Positions 26,601 to 39,500 of a stretch of 64,000 nt of DNA are shown piece by piece (within the stretch, counting starts at the first letter, position 1; every line of letters starts with the position of its first letter). Source of the DNA: the human T2T-CHM13v2.0 reference genome, Homo sapiens. The position numbers and the translations under genes are program-made. The notes under the pieces were generated by a model. That model was given only the letters and a program-made list of their open reading frames with translations. It did no database searches and was not told the DNA's origin. Location of the stretch: assembly GCF_009914755.1 (NCBI RefSeq), contig NC_060927.1. One strand, 5' to 3'.

Positions 26601-29600
26601 GATTGGAATGGAATGGAATGGAATGGAGTGCAGTGGAGTGGAAGGGAATAGGGTGGAATGACATAGTGCAGAAAGAGTGGAGGAGAATGGAAAGGAAGGT
26701 AATGGAGTTGAGTGGAAGAAAGTGAAATATTGTGGAGGGGAATGGAGTGGAATGGAGTGAAAAGGAGTGGAATTTAATGGAATGGAATAGAATGGAAAGT
26801 AGTGGTGTGGAGTGGAGTGGAGTGGATTAGAGTGGTGTGGAAAGGAATGTAATGAAATGGAATGGAAAGGATTGGAATGGAACTGAATGGAATGGAACGG
26901 AATGCAATGGAATTAAATGAAATGGAATGGAATGGATTGGTTTGGAGTGGAATGAAGTGGAATGGAATGGAGTGTAGTGGAATTGAATGGAATGGAGTGG
27001 TGCAGAAAGGAATTGAATGGAATGGAATGCAATGGAATGGAGTAGAGTGGAATGGAACTGAAAGGAGTTAAGTGAATGGAATGGAGTGGATAGTAGAGGA
27101 GTGGTGTGGAGTGGACCGGAGTGGAGTGGATTTGAGTAGAGTGGAATGGAGAGGAATGGAGTGGAATGGAATGGAATGGCGTTGAGTGGAGTGGAATGGA
27201 GTGCAGTGGAGAGGAATGGAATGCACTGAATTGGGGAAGAGTGGAATGGAATGTGGTTTGAAAAGGAATGAAATGGAATTGAGTGCAGTGGAGTGTAATG
27301 GGGTGGAATGGAATGGAGAGGAATGGAGTGGAGTCGAGTGAAGTGCATTGGAATGGAATGGAATGTAGTGGAGAGAAGTGGACTAAAGTGGAGTGGTCAG
27401 AATGGAATGGAATGCAGTGGAATGGAATGCAATGGAATGGAATGTAGTGGAGTGGAGTGGAATGGAGTGTAATGGAGTGGAATGGAATTGAGAGGAACGG
27501 TATGGAACGGAATGGAGTGGACTGGAGTGGAGTAGAGTGGAGTGGAGTGGAAAGGAATGAGATGGAGTAGATTGCAATGGAATGGAGTGGAATGGAATGC
27601 CGTTAAATGGAATGGAGTGGAATAGAATGGAGTGGAGGGGAATGGAACGGAATGGAGTGGAATGGAATGAAATGGGATGGAATGGAATGGAATGGAATGG
27701 AGTGGAGTGGAGTTGAATGGAATGGAGTGGAGTGGAGTGGAGAGGAGTGAAGCGGAGTGGAGTGGAGTGGAATGGAATGAAGTGTAGTGGAGTGGAGTGG
27801 ATTGGAGTGGAAATGAGTGGAGTGAAGTGGAGTGGAGTTTATTGAGCTGGAGTCGAGTGGAACAGAATGGAATGGAATGAATGGAATGAAATGGAATGGA
27901 AGAGACGGAAGTTAAAAGGAATGGAGTGGAATGGAATGGAGGGCAGTGGCATGGAATGGAATGGACTGGAGTGGAATGGAATGAAAAGGAATGGAATGGA
28001 ATGGAGGGGAGAGGAATCGAGAGGAATGCAATGGAGTATAGTCTTGTGGAGTGGAGTGGAGTAGAGTGGAATGGAATGGAGTGGAGTGCAGTGGAATGCA
28101 GTGAAGTCGTGAGGAATGGAATGGAGTTGAGTGAAGTGGAATAAAATGGAGTGGATTTTAATTGAGTGGAATGGAATGGAGTGGAATGGAGAGAACTGGA
28201 GTGGATTGGAATGGAATGGAATGGAGTGGAGTGCAGTGGAATGGAACGGGGTGGAATGGAATAGAGTGGAAGGAGTGGATTGGAATGGAAAGGAATGTAA
28301 TGGAGTTGAGCGGAATAAAGCGGAATATTGTGAATTGGATTGGAGTGGAATGGAGTGGAATGGAATGGAATTGAGTGGAATGAGGTTAAAAGGAGTGGAA
28401 TATAATAGAATGGAACAGAATGTAATGTAGTGGCATGGAGTGAAGTGGAGTGGATTGCAGTGCTGTAGAATGGAATGCAATGGAAAGGAAAGGAATGGAA
28501 TGGAATGGAATGGACTGAAATGAAATGGAATGGAATGGAATGGAGTGGAGTGGAATGAAGTGGAATGGAATGGAGTCGAGTGGAATGGAATGTCATGGAG
28601 TGGAATGGAATGGAATGCAAAGGAATAGAATACAGTAGAGTTGAATGGAACTGAAAGGAGATAAGTGAAATAGAGTGGAGGAGAGTCGAGTGGAGAGGAG
28701 TGGAGTGGAGAGGAGTGCAGTGGGGTGGAGTGGAATGGAGTGGATGGAGTGGAAAGGAATGGAAAGCAGTACAGTGGAATGGAATGGAGTGGAGTGGAAT
28801 TGAGTACAGTGGAATGGAGTGGAGTGGAGAGGAATGCAGTGGATTGGATTGGAGGAGAGTGGAATAGAATGGAATGTAGAGGAGTGGAATGGAAGGAAAT
28901 GGAATTGAATGTGGTGGAGTGGAATGGGGTGGAATGGAGTGGAGTTGAGTGAATGGGATGTAATGGAAAGGAATGGAATGGAATGGGATGGAATGGAAAG
29001 GAATGGAATGGAATGCAATGGAATGGAATGGAATGGAGTGGAATGGAATGGAGTGGAACAAAATGGAGAGGAGAGGAAAGGAATAGAATTAAGTGTAGTG
29101 GAATGGAAAGAAATGGAATGGCATGGAGTGGACTGGAGTGGAGTGGAAGGTAATGGAGTGGAGTAGAGTGGAGTGAAGTGTAGAGAAGTGGAGTGGAATG
29201 GAATGGAATAGAGTGGAGTGGAGTGGAATAGAATGGAGTGGAGCAAAGTTGAATGGAGAGGAGTGAAGTGGAGTGGAGTGGAGTCAAGTGTAATGGAATG
29301 GATTTGAGTGAAGTTGATTAAATTGGAAAGGAGTGGAATGGAGTGGATAGGAATGGAGTGGAATGGAGCGAAGTTTAGAGGACTGGAGTGGAGTGGATTG
29401 GAGTGGAATGGAATGGAATGGATTGGAGTGGAGTGGAGTGGCATGGAGTTGAGTAGAGTGGTGTGAAATGGTGTGGTTTCGATTGTGGTGGAATGGAATT
29501 TCATGGAGAGGAATGGAATGGATTTGAAGGCAAAGAAATGGAATGGAATGCAATGGAATGGAATGGAGTGGTATAGAATGGAGTGCAATGGAATGGAGGG

Positions 29601-32600
29601 GAAAGGAGTGAAGTGGAGTGAAATGGAATGGAATGGAATGGAGTGGAATAGATTGGAATGGAAAGGAATGGATTGGGGTGGAATGGAATGGAATGGAATG
29701 GAATGGAATGGAATGGAACGGAACGGAATGGAGCGGAGTGGAGAGGAATGGAACTCGGTGGAATGGATTGGAATGCAGTGGATTGGAATGGAATGGAATG
29801 GAATGGAATTGAATGGAATCGAATAGAATAGAATAGAAAGGAATGGAATGGAATAGATGGTAGTGGAGTGGAATGTAATGGAGTGGAGTGGACTGGAATG
29901 TAGTGGAGTGGAATAGAATGGAGTGGAGAGGAGTGCAGTGCAGTGGAATGGAATGGAATAGAATGGAAAGGAATGGAATAGAATGGAATGGAATAGAATA
30001 GAATGAAATGGAGTGGAATCAAATGGAGTGGAAGGGAATTTAGAGGAGTGGAATGGAATGGAGTGGAGTGGAGTGGAATGGAATAAAATGGAATGGAACG
30101 GACTGGAGTGGAGTGGCGTGGAATGTAATGGAGTGGAGTAGAGTGGAGTGAAGTGTAAGGGAGTGGAGTGGAATGGAAAGGAACTGAGTGGAATGGAGTG
30201 GATTGGAATTGAATGGAGTGGAGTAGAGGGGAATGGAGTGGAGTGAAGTGGAGTGGAGTGGATTGGAGTCAAGTGGAAGAGAATTGAGATGAGGGAAGTT
30301 GAATAAAATAGAAAGGAGTGGAATGGAGAGGAATGGAAAGGAGTGGAATGGAGAGGAATTTAGAGGACTGGAGTGGAGTGGATTAGAGTGGAATGGAATG
30401 GATTGGAATGTAGTGGAGTGGAGTGGTGCAGAATTGTATGGAGTGGAGTGGAATGGAGTCTTTGGGATTTTGGTGGAATGGAAGGTATTTTTAGTGGAAT
30501 GGAGTGGAATGGAATGGAATGGAGTGGAATGGAATGGAATGGAATGGAAAGTAATGGAATGGAATGAAATGAAATGGAATGGAATGGAATGGAATTTAAA
30601 GGAAAGGAGTGGAATGGAATGGAGTAGAATGGAGTGAAGAGGAATGCAGTGGAGTGTAGTGGAAAGCAATCGAGTGGAAAAGAATGGAATGGAGTGGAAT
30701 AGATTGGAATGGAATGGAATGGAGTGTGGTGGAATGGAGTGTAATGAAGTAGAATGAATGGAATGGATTGGAATGGAATGGAATTGAAGGGAATGAAATG
30801 GAGTGGAATGGTGTGGAAGGGAATGGAATGGGGTGGAATGGATTAGAATGGGGTGGATTGTAGTGGAATGGAATAGAATGGAGTGGAGTGGAATGGAATG
30901 AAATAGAATGGAATTGAATGGAATGGAATGGAAAGGAATGGAATGTAAAAGAATGGAATGGAAAGGAATGTAATGGAATGTAGTGGAGTGGATTGGAATG
31001 GAGTGTCGTGGAATGGAATGGAGTGGTGTGGAATTGAATGGAGTGGAGTGGAGTGGAATGGAATGGAATGGTGTGGATAGCAGTGGCGTGGAGTGGAGTG
31101 GAATGGAATGGAATGGAATGGAACGGAGTAGAATGGAATGGTGTGGAAGTCAATGGAGTCCAATGCAATGGGGTGGAATGTAGTTGAATGAAATGCTGTG
31201 GAGTGGAATGTAATGAAATGGTATGCAATGGAACGGGGTGGAATGGAGTGGAATGGTTTGGAATGAAATGAAACGGAGATGAGTGGAGTGGAGTGCATTG
31301 GAATGGAGTGGAATGCATTGTAATGTTATGGAATGGAATGGAGTGAAGTGGAAAGGAGTGGAGTGGAGAGGAATGGAATGGAATGAAATGAAATGGAGTG
31401 GAGTGGAGTGGAATGGAATGGAGTGGTATGTAGTGGTGTGGAGAGGAAATTAATGGAATGGAGTGGATTGGAATGGAATGGAAAGTGGAGTAGAGTTGAA
31501 TGCGATGGAATGGAATGGAATGGAATTCAGTTAAAAGGAATGGAGTGGATTGGAATTCAGTGGAATAGAATGGAAAGGAGTGGTGTGGAATGGAATGGAA
31601 TGGAGTGGAGTGGATTTGAATGAAATTGAATGGAATGGAATGCAGGGGAGTGGAGTGGAGTGGAATGGAATGGAGTTGAGTGGAGTGGAGAGGAGTGGAG
31701 TGAAGTGGATCGGAGTAGAGTGTAATGGAATAGAACGGATTTCAGTGGAGTGGAGTGGAATGGAATGGAGTGGAGTTGAGTGGAATGGATTGGAGTGGAG
31801 TGGAGGCGAGTGGAGTGGAATTGATTGGAGTGAAGTAGAATAAAAAGGAATGGTGTGGATGGAGTGTATTTGAATGGATTGGAACGGAATGGAGTTTAGA
31901 GGCGTGGAGTGGAATGGAGTGGATTAGAAAGGAATGGAGTGGAGTGGAATGCATTGTAGTGGTGTGGAGTCAAGTGGAGTGGAGTGGAATGGAGTGGTTC
32001 TTATGGTGGTGGAATAGAATGGAATGGAGTGGAATGGAATGGAATGGTGTAGAATAGAAAGGAATGGAAGTGAAAGTAAGGGAGTGGAATAGAATGGATT
32101 GGAATGCAGTGGATTGCAATGGAATGGAATGGAATGGAATTCAATGGAATTGAGTGGAGAGGAGTTTAATGGAATAAAATGGAGTGGTATAGAATTGAAT
32201 GGAATGGAGTAGAGTGGAGTGGAGTGAAATGCAATGGAGGGGAGTGAAGGGGAATGAAATAGAATGCAATGGAATGGAATTGTATGGAATGGAGTGGAGG
32301 TGAAAGGGATCGAGAGGAGTGAAATTGAATGGAAAGGAATGTTATGGAATTGAAAGCAACGGAATGGAAGGGAGTGGATTGCAATGGAATGGAATGGAAT
32401 GGAGTGGAATGGAGTGGAGTGGAGAGCAGTGGAATGGAACGGTGTCGAGTGGAGTGGGGTGGAACAGAGTGGAATGGAATGGAGTGGAGTGGAATGGAGT
32501 CGAGTGGATTCGAATCGAGTGGAATAGAATGGAAACGAATAGAATGGAAAGGGATGCAGAAGAGAGGAATGCAGTGGAATGGGTTGGAGTGGAATGCACT

Positions 32601-34820
32601 GCAGTGGAGTGGATTGGAAAGGAATGGAGTGGAATAGAATGTAGTAGAATGGAGTGGAGTGAAGTGGAAAGGAATGGAGTGAAATGGATAGGAGTGGAAA
32701 GGAGTGGAACGGTTTGGAGTAGAATGTAGTGGAATCAAGTGGAGTGGAAAGGAATGGAACGGAAAGCATTAGAATGGAATGGAATGGAGTGGAATTGAGT
32801 GGAGAGGAATGGAATGGAATAGAATGAAATGGAATGGAACAGAGTGGAATGGAATGTAATGGAATGTAGTGGAGTAGAGTGGAATATAATGGAAAGTACG
32901 GAAGTGGAATGGAATGGAGTGGAATGGAATGGAATCGAATGCAATTTATTGGAATAGAGTGGAATGGAATGGAATGGATTGGAATGGAATGGAGTGGAGA
33001 GGTATGGACTGGAAGGGAGAGGATTGGAGTGGAGAAAAGTGCAGTGGAATCGTGTGGAATGGAGTGAAATATAACGGAATCTATAGGAGTGGAATGGAAT
33101 GGAGTGGAGTGGAATGGAATGGAGTGGAGTGGAATGTAATGGACAGGAATGATATGGAGAGAAATGGAGTTGAGTGGAATGGAAAGTAATGGAGTGAAAT
33201 GGCATGGAATGGAATCGAGTGGAGTTGAATGGAATGGAATGGAGTGGAATTGAGAGGAGTGGAGTGGAGTGGAATGGATTGCACTGGAATGGAAGGGAAT
33301 TCTCTTGAATGGAATAAAATGGAATGGAATGGAGTGGAATGGAACGGATAGGAATGAAGTGCAGTTGTGAGGAATGGAATGGAATGGAGTGCAACGGATT
33401 GGAGTGGAATGAGGTGGAATGAAATTAATTAGAGTGGAATGGATTGGAATGGAATGGAATGGACTGCAATCGAGTGGCGTGGGTGGAATGCAATGAAATG
33501 GAATGGAGCGGAGTGGAGTGGAGTGGAACGGAATGGAATGCAGTGGATTAGAGTGGCATGGTTGGAATTGAATGAAATGGAATGGAGTGGAGTGCAGTGG
33601 AATGCAATGGTGTAGAGTGGTGTGGAGGGGAGTGGAGTGGAGTGAAATGTTGTGGAGTGGAGTGGAATGGAGAAAAACGGAATGGAATGGAGTGGAATCG
33701 AATGGAGAGGAATGGAATGGAGTGGAATGGAATGGAATGGAATGCTATTGATCGAATGGAATGGAGTGTATTTGAATGGAAGGCAATGGAATGGAATGGA
33801 CTGGCGGTTGGTGGAGTGGTGTAGACTGGAGTTGAATGGAATGGAATGGAGTAGAATGGAATGGAATGCAATGGAATAAAGGGGAATGGAATGGAATGGA
33901 AAGGAGTGGAGGGGAATGGAATCAAAAGGAATGAAAAGGAATTTTGGGGAGTGGAATGGAAATGAAAGGAATAAAATGCAATGGAGTGGATTGGAGTCGA
34001 GTGAAGTGGAATGGAATGGAGTGTAATGGAGTGGTATAGAATGGAATGGAATGGAGTGGAGTGGAGAGAAAGGAGTGGAGTGGAGTGGAAGGGAGTGGAG
34101 TGGAAGGGATTGGAATGGAATGCAATGCAGTGGAATAGAATGGAATCAATAGGAGTGGAATGGAATGGAGTGGAATGGAATGCAGGCGAGTGGAATGGAA
34201 TGGGCTGGAATGGAATGTAGAGAAATGGATTGGGGTGGAAGGGAATGAAATGGAGTGGAATGGAGTGCAGTGGAATGGTGTGAAGTGGAATGGAATTAAA
34301 CGGAATGGAATGGAGCGGAGTGCACTGAAGAGGAATGGAGTGGAGTGCAATGGAATGGAATGGACTGAAATGGAATTGTTTGGAATGGAAAGGAATGTGG
34401 TGGAATGTAACGGAATGGAGAGGAATGGATTGGAGTGGAATGGAATGGAGTGGAAAGGAATGGAAAGTAATGGAGTTTACTGGAATGCAATGGAATGAAA
34501 TGGAATGGAATGGAATGGAATGCAATTGAAGGGAGTGGAATGCAATGGAATGGAATCGAGTGGATTGGATTGGAATGGAATGGAATAGAATGGAACAGAT
34601 CGGAACGGAATGGAGTGGAACGGAATGGATTGTAATGGAATGGAATGGAATGGAATCGAATCGAATGGAATGGAAGGGAAGGAAAAGGAATAGAATGGAA
34701 TGGATTAGAATGGAAGGGAGTGGAGTGGAATGGAATGGAATCGAGTGTAGTGGAATGGAATGGAGTGGAATGGATTGGAATGGAATGGAATGGAATGGAA
34801 TGGAATAGAATGGAATGGAA

Positions 34821-34945
34821 TGGAGGGGATTGTAGTGGAGGGCTGTGGATAGGAATGGAGGGGAGTGGAATGGATTGGAATGGAAGGGAATGGAATGGAA
34901 TCGAATGGAGTGGAGGGGATTGGACTGGAGGGCTGTGGATTGGAA
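34821..34945 (+). repeat. 90-bp-period imperfect duplication
   Basis: TGGAGGGGATTG(TAG/GAC)TGGAGGGCTGTGGAT at 34821 and 34911. Confidence 0.75.
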
Positions 34946-36327
34946 TGGAGTGGAATCGAATGGAATGCAATGGAGTGGAGTGGAATGAGGTAGAGTGAAA
35001 TGAAATGGAAGGGAATGGAGTGGAGTGGGGTGGAATGGAATTGAGTGTAATGGAGGGGAGAGGATTGGACAGGAGTAGAGTGCAGTGGAATGGAGAGTAG
35101 CGGAGTGGAGTGGAATGGAATTAAATGGAATGGAATGGAGTCGAATGGAATGTAGTGGAATGGAGAGGAGTGCAATTGAATGGATTGGAATGGAATGGGG
35201 TGGAATGAAATGGAGTGGAATGGAATGGAGTGTATAGGACAGGAATGCAATAAAGTGGAATGGATTGGAGAGGAGTGGAACCGAATAGAATGGAGTGGAA
35301 ATGAATGAAATGGAAAGGAATGGAGTGGATTGGAATGGAGTGACGTGGAATGGATTGCAATGGACTGGATTGGAATGGACTGGAGTGGAATGGAGTAGAT
35401 TGAAATGAAATGTAATGGAATGGAATGCAATGGAATGGAATAGAAAGGAGTGGAATGGAGTGTAATGGAAAGGAACGGATCAGAATTGAATGGAATGGAA
35501 TGGAGTGGAATGTAGTGGAGTGGAATGGAATGGAGTGGAGTGAAGTGGATTGGAACAGAATGGAATGGCATGGAATGGAATGGAGTGGATTTCAATGGAA
35601 TGTAATAGAATGGAGAGGAATGTAGTGGAGTGGAGTGCTGTGGAATGGAATGGTGTGGAGTGGAGTGGAGGGGAATGGTGTGGAAAGAATGGAGTGGAGT
35701 GGAGCGGAATGGAGTGGAGTGGAGGGGAATACAAAGGAATAGAATGGAAAAGAATTGAATGGAGTGGAATGCAGAAGAGAGGAGTGGAGTGCAATGGATT
35801 GGAGTGGAATGTAATGCAGTGGAGTGGATTGGACTGGAATTTAGTGGAATGGAATGGAAACGAGTACAATGGAATGGAATGGAATGGAATGGAATGGAGT
35901 GGGGTGGAGTGGAATGGAATGGAGTGGAAAGCAGTTGAGTGCAGTGGATAGGAATGGAATTTAGTGGAATGGAATGGAGTGGCATTGAATGAAATGGAAT
36001 GGAATGGAATGGATTGTGGTGGAGTGGATTGGAATTGAGTGGAGTGGTATAGAATGCAATGGAATGGAGTGGAGGGCAACGGAGTGGAGTGGGGTCGAGG
36101 GGAATAGAATGGAATGGAGAGAAATTGAAAGGATTTCACTTGAATTGAGTGGATTAAAGAGGATTGGTATGGAACGGAGAGGATTGGAAAGGAGTGGAAT
36201 GGATTGGAGTGCAGTGGAGTAGATTGGAATGGAGTGGAGCGTAATGGAATGGAATGCAGTGGAATGGAATGGAATGGAGTGGAACAGAGTAGAGTGAAAT
36301 GGAATGGAGTGGAACGGAGTGGAGTGA

Positions 36328-36505
36328 AATGGAATGGAGTGGAACGGAATGGAGTGGAATTGATTGGAGTGTAGTGGAGTGGAATGGAAAGGAATGAAAT
36401 GGAGTGGAGCGTAATGGAATGGAGTGGAACGGAATGGAGTGGAATTGATTGGAGTGTAGTGGAGTGGAATGGAAAGGAATGAAATGGAGTGGAGCGTAAT
36501 GGAAT
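36328..36505 (+). repeat. Exact 85-bp tandem duplication
   Basis: AATGGAATGGAGTGGAACGGAATGGAGTGGAATTGATTGGAGTGTAGTGGAGTGGAATGGAAAGGAATGAAATGGAGTGGAGCGT occurs twice, with TGATT at 36361 and 36446. Confidence 0.9.
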
Positions 36506-39500
36506 AGAAAGGTTTGGAGTGGAGTGGAATGGAATGGAGTGGAATGCAATGGAGTGGGGTGGAGGGGAATGGAATTGAGTGGAGTGGAATAGAAGGGAAT
36601 GGAATAGAATATCGTGGAGTGAAGTGGAGTGAGGTCGACTGGATGGTAATTGAAAGGAATGGAATGCAATGGAATGGAACGTAGTGGAATGGAAAACAGA
36701 GGAATGCAAAGGAATGGAGTGGAATGGAATGGACTAGAGTGGAGTGAAGTTGAATGGAATGTACTCGAATGGCATGGAAAGAAATGGAATACAATGGAGT
36801 GGAGTGGAATGGATTGGAGGAGAGAAATGGAATGAAATGCAATGGAGTGGAGGGGAGTGAAGTGGAATGGAAACGAGAGGAATGTAGTGGAGTGAAGTGG
36901 ATTGGAATGGAATATAGTGGAGCTGAATGGAATGGAGTGGAATGAAATGGAACGAAATGTAATTGAATGGAAAGGAGTGAAGTGGAGTGGAATGGAATTG
37001 AGTACACTGATATGGAATGGAATGGAATGGAATGGAATGGAGTGGAGTGGAGTGGAGTGGAGTGGGGTCGACTGGAATGGAATTGAATGGAATGGAATGG
37101 AATTGAATGGAATGGAATGGAATTGAATGGAATGGAATGGAATAGATTGGAATGGAAATGAATAGAATGCGATGGAGGGGAGTGCAATGAAATGGAACGA
37201 AAGCATTGGAATCGAATGGAGTGGAATATAATAGCATGGAATAGATGGGAATGGAATGGAGTGGAATGGAGTAGAGTGGAATGGATTGGAGGTGAGTGGA
37301 ATGCAATGGAGTGGGATGGAGTGGAGTGGAATGGAATCGAATGGATTCCTGTGGAAAGGAATGAATTGGAATGCATTGGAGAGGAATGGAGAGGAATGGA
37401 GTGTAGTGCAAAGGAATGGAGAGGAATGGAATGGAGTGGAATAGAGTTGAGTGGAGTGGAATAGATTGGAGTGTAATGGAGTTTAGTGGTGTGGAATGGA
37501 ATGCCGCGGAATGGAGTTGAATGGAGTGGAATGGAATGGAATGGAATGGAATGGAACGGATTTGAATGGAATGGAGTGGAATGGAATTGAGTGGAGTGGA
37601 GAAAAGTGCAGTGGAGAGGGGTCGAGTGGATGGGAATGGAATGGAATGGAATTGAGTGTAAAGGAATGGAGTGGAGAGGAATGGAATGGAATGGAGTGGT
37701 GTGGAATGGAGTGGAAAGGAATGGAATGGAATGCAATGTAGAGGAGTGGTGTGGTGTGGAATGGAATGGAGTGGACTGGGATGGAATGAAATGGAATTGA
37801 ATTTAATGGAATGGAATGGAATGGAGAGGATGGGAGTTTAGTGGAATGGAATAGATTGGAATGGAGTGGAGTAGAATGTAACGGAATGGAATTGAGTGGA
37901 GTGGAATAGAATGGAATGGATTGGAATTTAATGGACTGGACAAGAGTGGAATGGAGTTGAGTAGAGTGAAGTGGAATTGAATGGAATGGAATGGAGCGGA
38001 ATGCTGTGGAGTGGACTTGAGTGGAATGGAATACAGTGGAGTGAAGTTGAATGGAAAGGAATGGAATGGAATGGAATGGAGTGGAGTGGAATAGAATGGA
38101 GGAGAATGGAATGGAATGGAATGGTGTGGAGTGTAATTGAATGGAATGGAATGCAGTGGAATTGAAAGGAAAGGAATGGAATGCAATGAAATGGAGTGGA
38201 GTGGAGTGGAGTGGAATGGAATGGAGAGCAGTGAAGTGGAATTTAATAGAATGTAATGGAATGTAATGGAATGGAGTGGAATGGAATGGAGTGGTGTGAA
38301 ATGAAAAGGAATGGAATGGAATGGAATGGATTGGAAAAGAATGGAATGGAGGGGAATGGAATGGAATGGAATGGAAGGGACTGGAATGGCTTCGAGTGGA
38401 GTGTAGTGGAATGGAGTGGAATAGAATGGAAAGGAGTGGAATGGAATCGAATGAGTGGAACGGAATGGAATGCAATGGAATGGAATGGAATGGAATGTAG
38501 TGGAGCAGAGTGGAATGGAATGGAATGGAATATAGAGTAGTGGAATGGAATGGAATGGAATGCAATGGAATGGAATGGAGTGGAATGGAATGGAATGGAA
38601 TGCAATGGAATGGAATGGAGTGGAGAGGTATGGAGTGGAGGGGAGTGGATTGGAGTGGAGAGGAATGGAGTGGAATCTTGTTCAATGGAGTGGAGTATAA
38701 TGGAATCAAGTGGAGTGGAATGGATTGGAGTGGAGTGGAATGGAGTGGAGTGGAGAGGAATGGAATGGAGTGGAATGCAGTGGAGTGGAGTGGAATGGAG
38801 GGCAGTGGAATGGAATGGATAGGAGTGGAGTGGAGAGGACTGGACTTGTGTGGAATGGAATGGAATGGAATGGAGTGGGATTGAGAGGAGTGGAGTGGAG
38901 TAGAATGGATTGCACTGGAATGGAATGGAATGGAATTCAGTTGAATGGAATAGATTGGAATGGAACGGAGTTCAATGGAATGGAGAGTAATGAAGTGGAG
39001 TGGAGAGGAGTGGAATGGAATGGAGTGGAATGGAGTGGAGTGGAATGGAATAAAGTGGAATGGAGTGGATTGGAACGGAATGGAATGGAATGGATTCAAG
39101 TGGTGTGGGTGGAATGGAATGAAATGGAATGGAGTGGACAGAAGTGGAGTGGAATGCATTGGAATGGAGTGGCTTCGAATGGTGTCGGTGGAATGGAAGG
39201 AAATGAAATGGAGTGAAGTGGAATGGAGTGGAATGCAATTGTTTGGAGTGGTGTGGAGATAAGTAGAGTGGAGTGAAATGTTGTGGAGTGGAGTGGAATG
39301 GAGTAAAATGGAATGGAATGAAGTGGAGTGGAATGGAATGGAGTGGAATGTAACGGAGTAGATTGGAGAGGAATGGATTGGAGTGGAATCGACTGGAGTG
39401 GAATGGAAAGGATTGGAGTGGACAGGAATGGAATGAAGTGGATTGGAGTGGAGTGGAACAGAATGGAACGGAGTGCAGTGGAGTAGAATGGAATGGAGTG

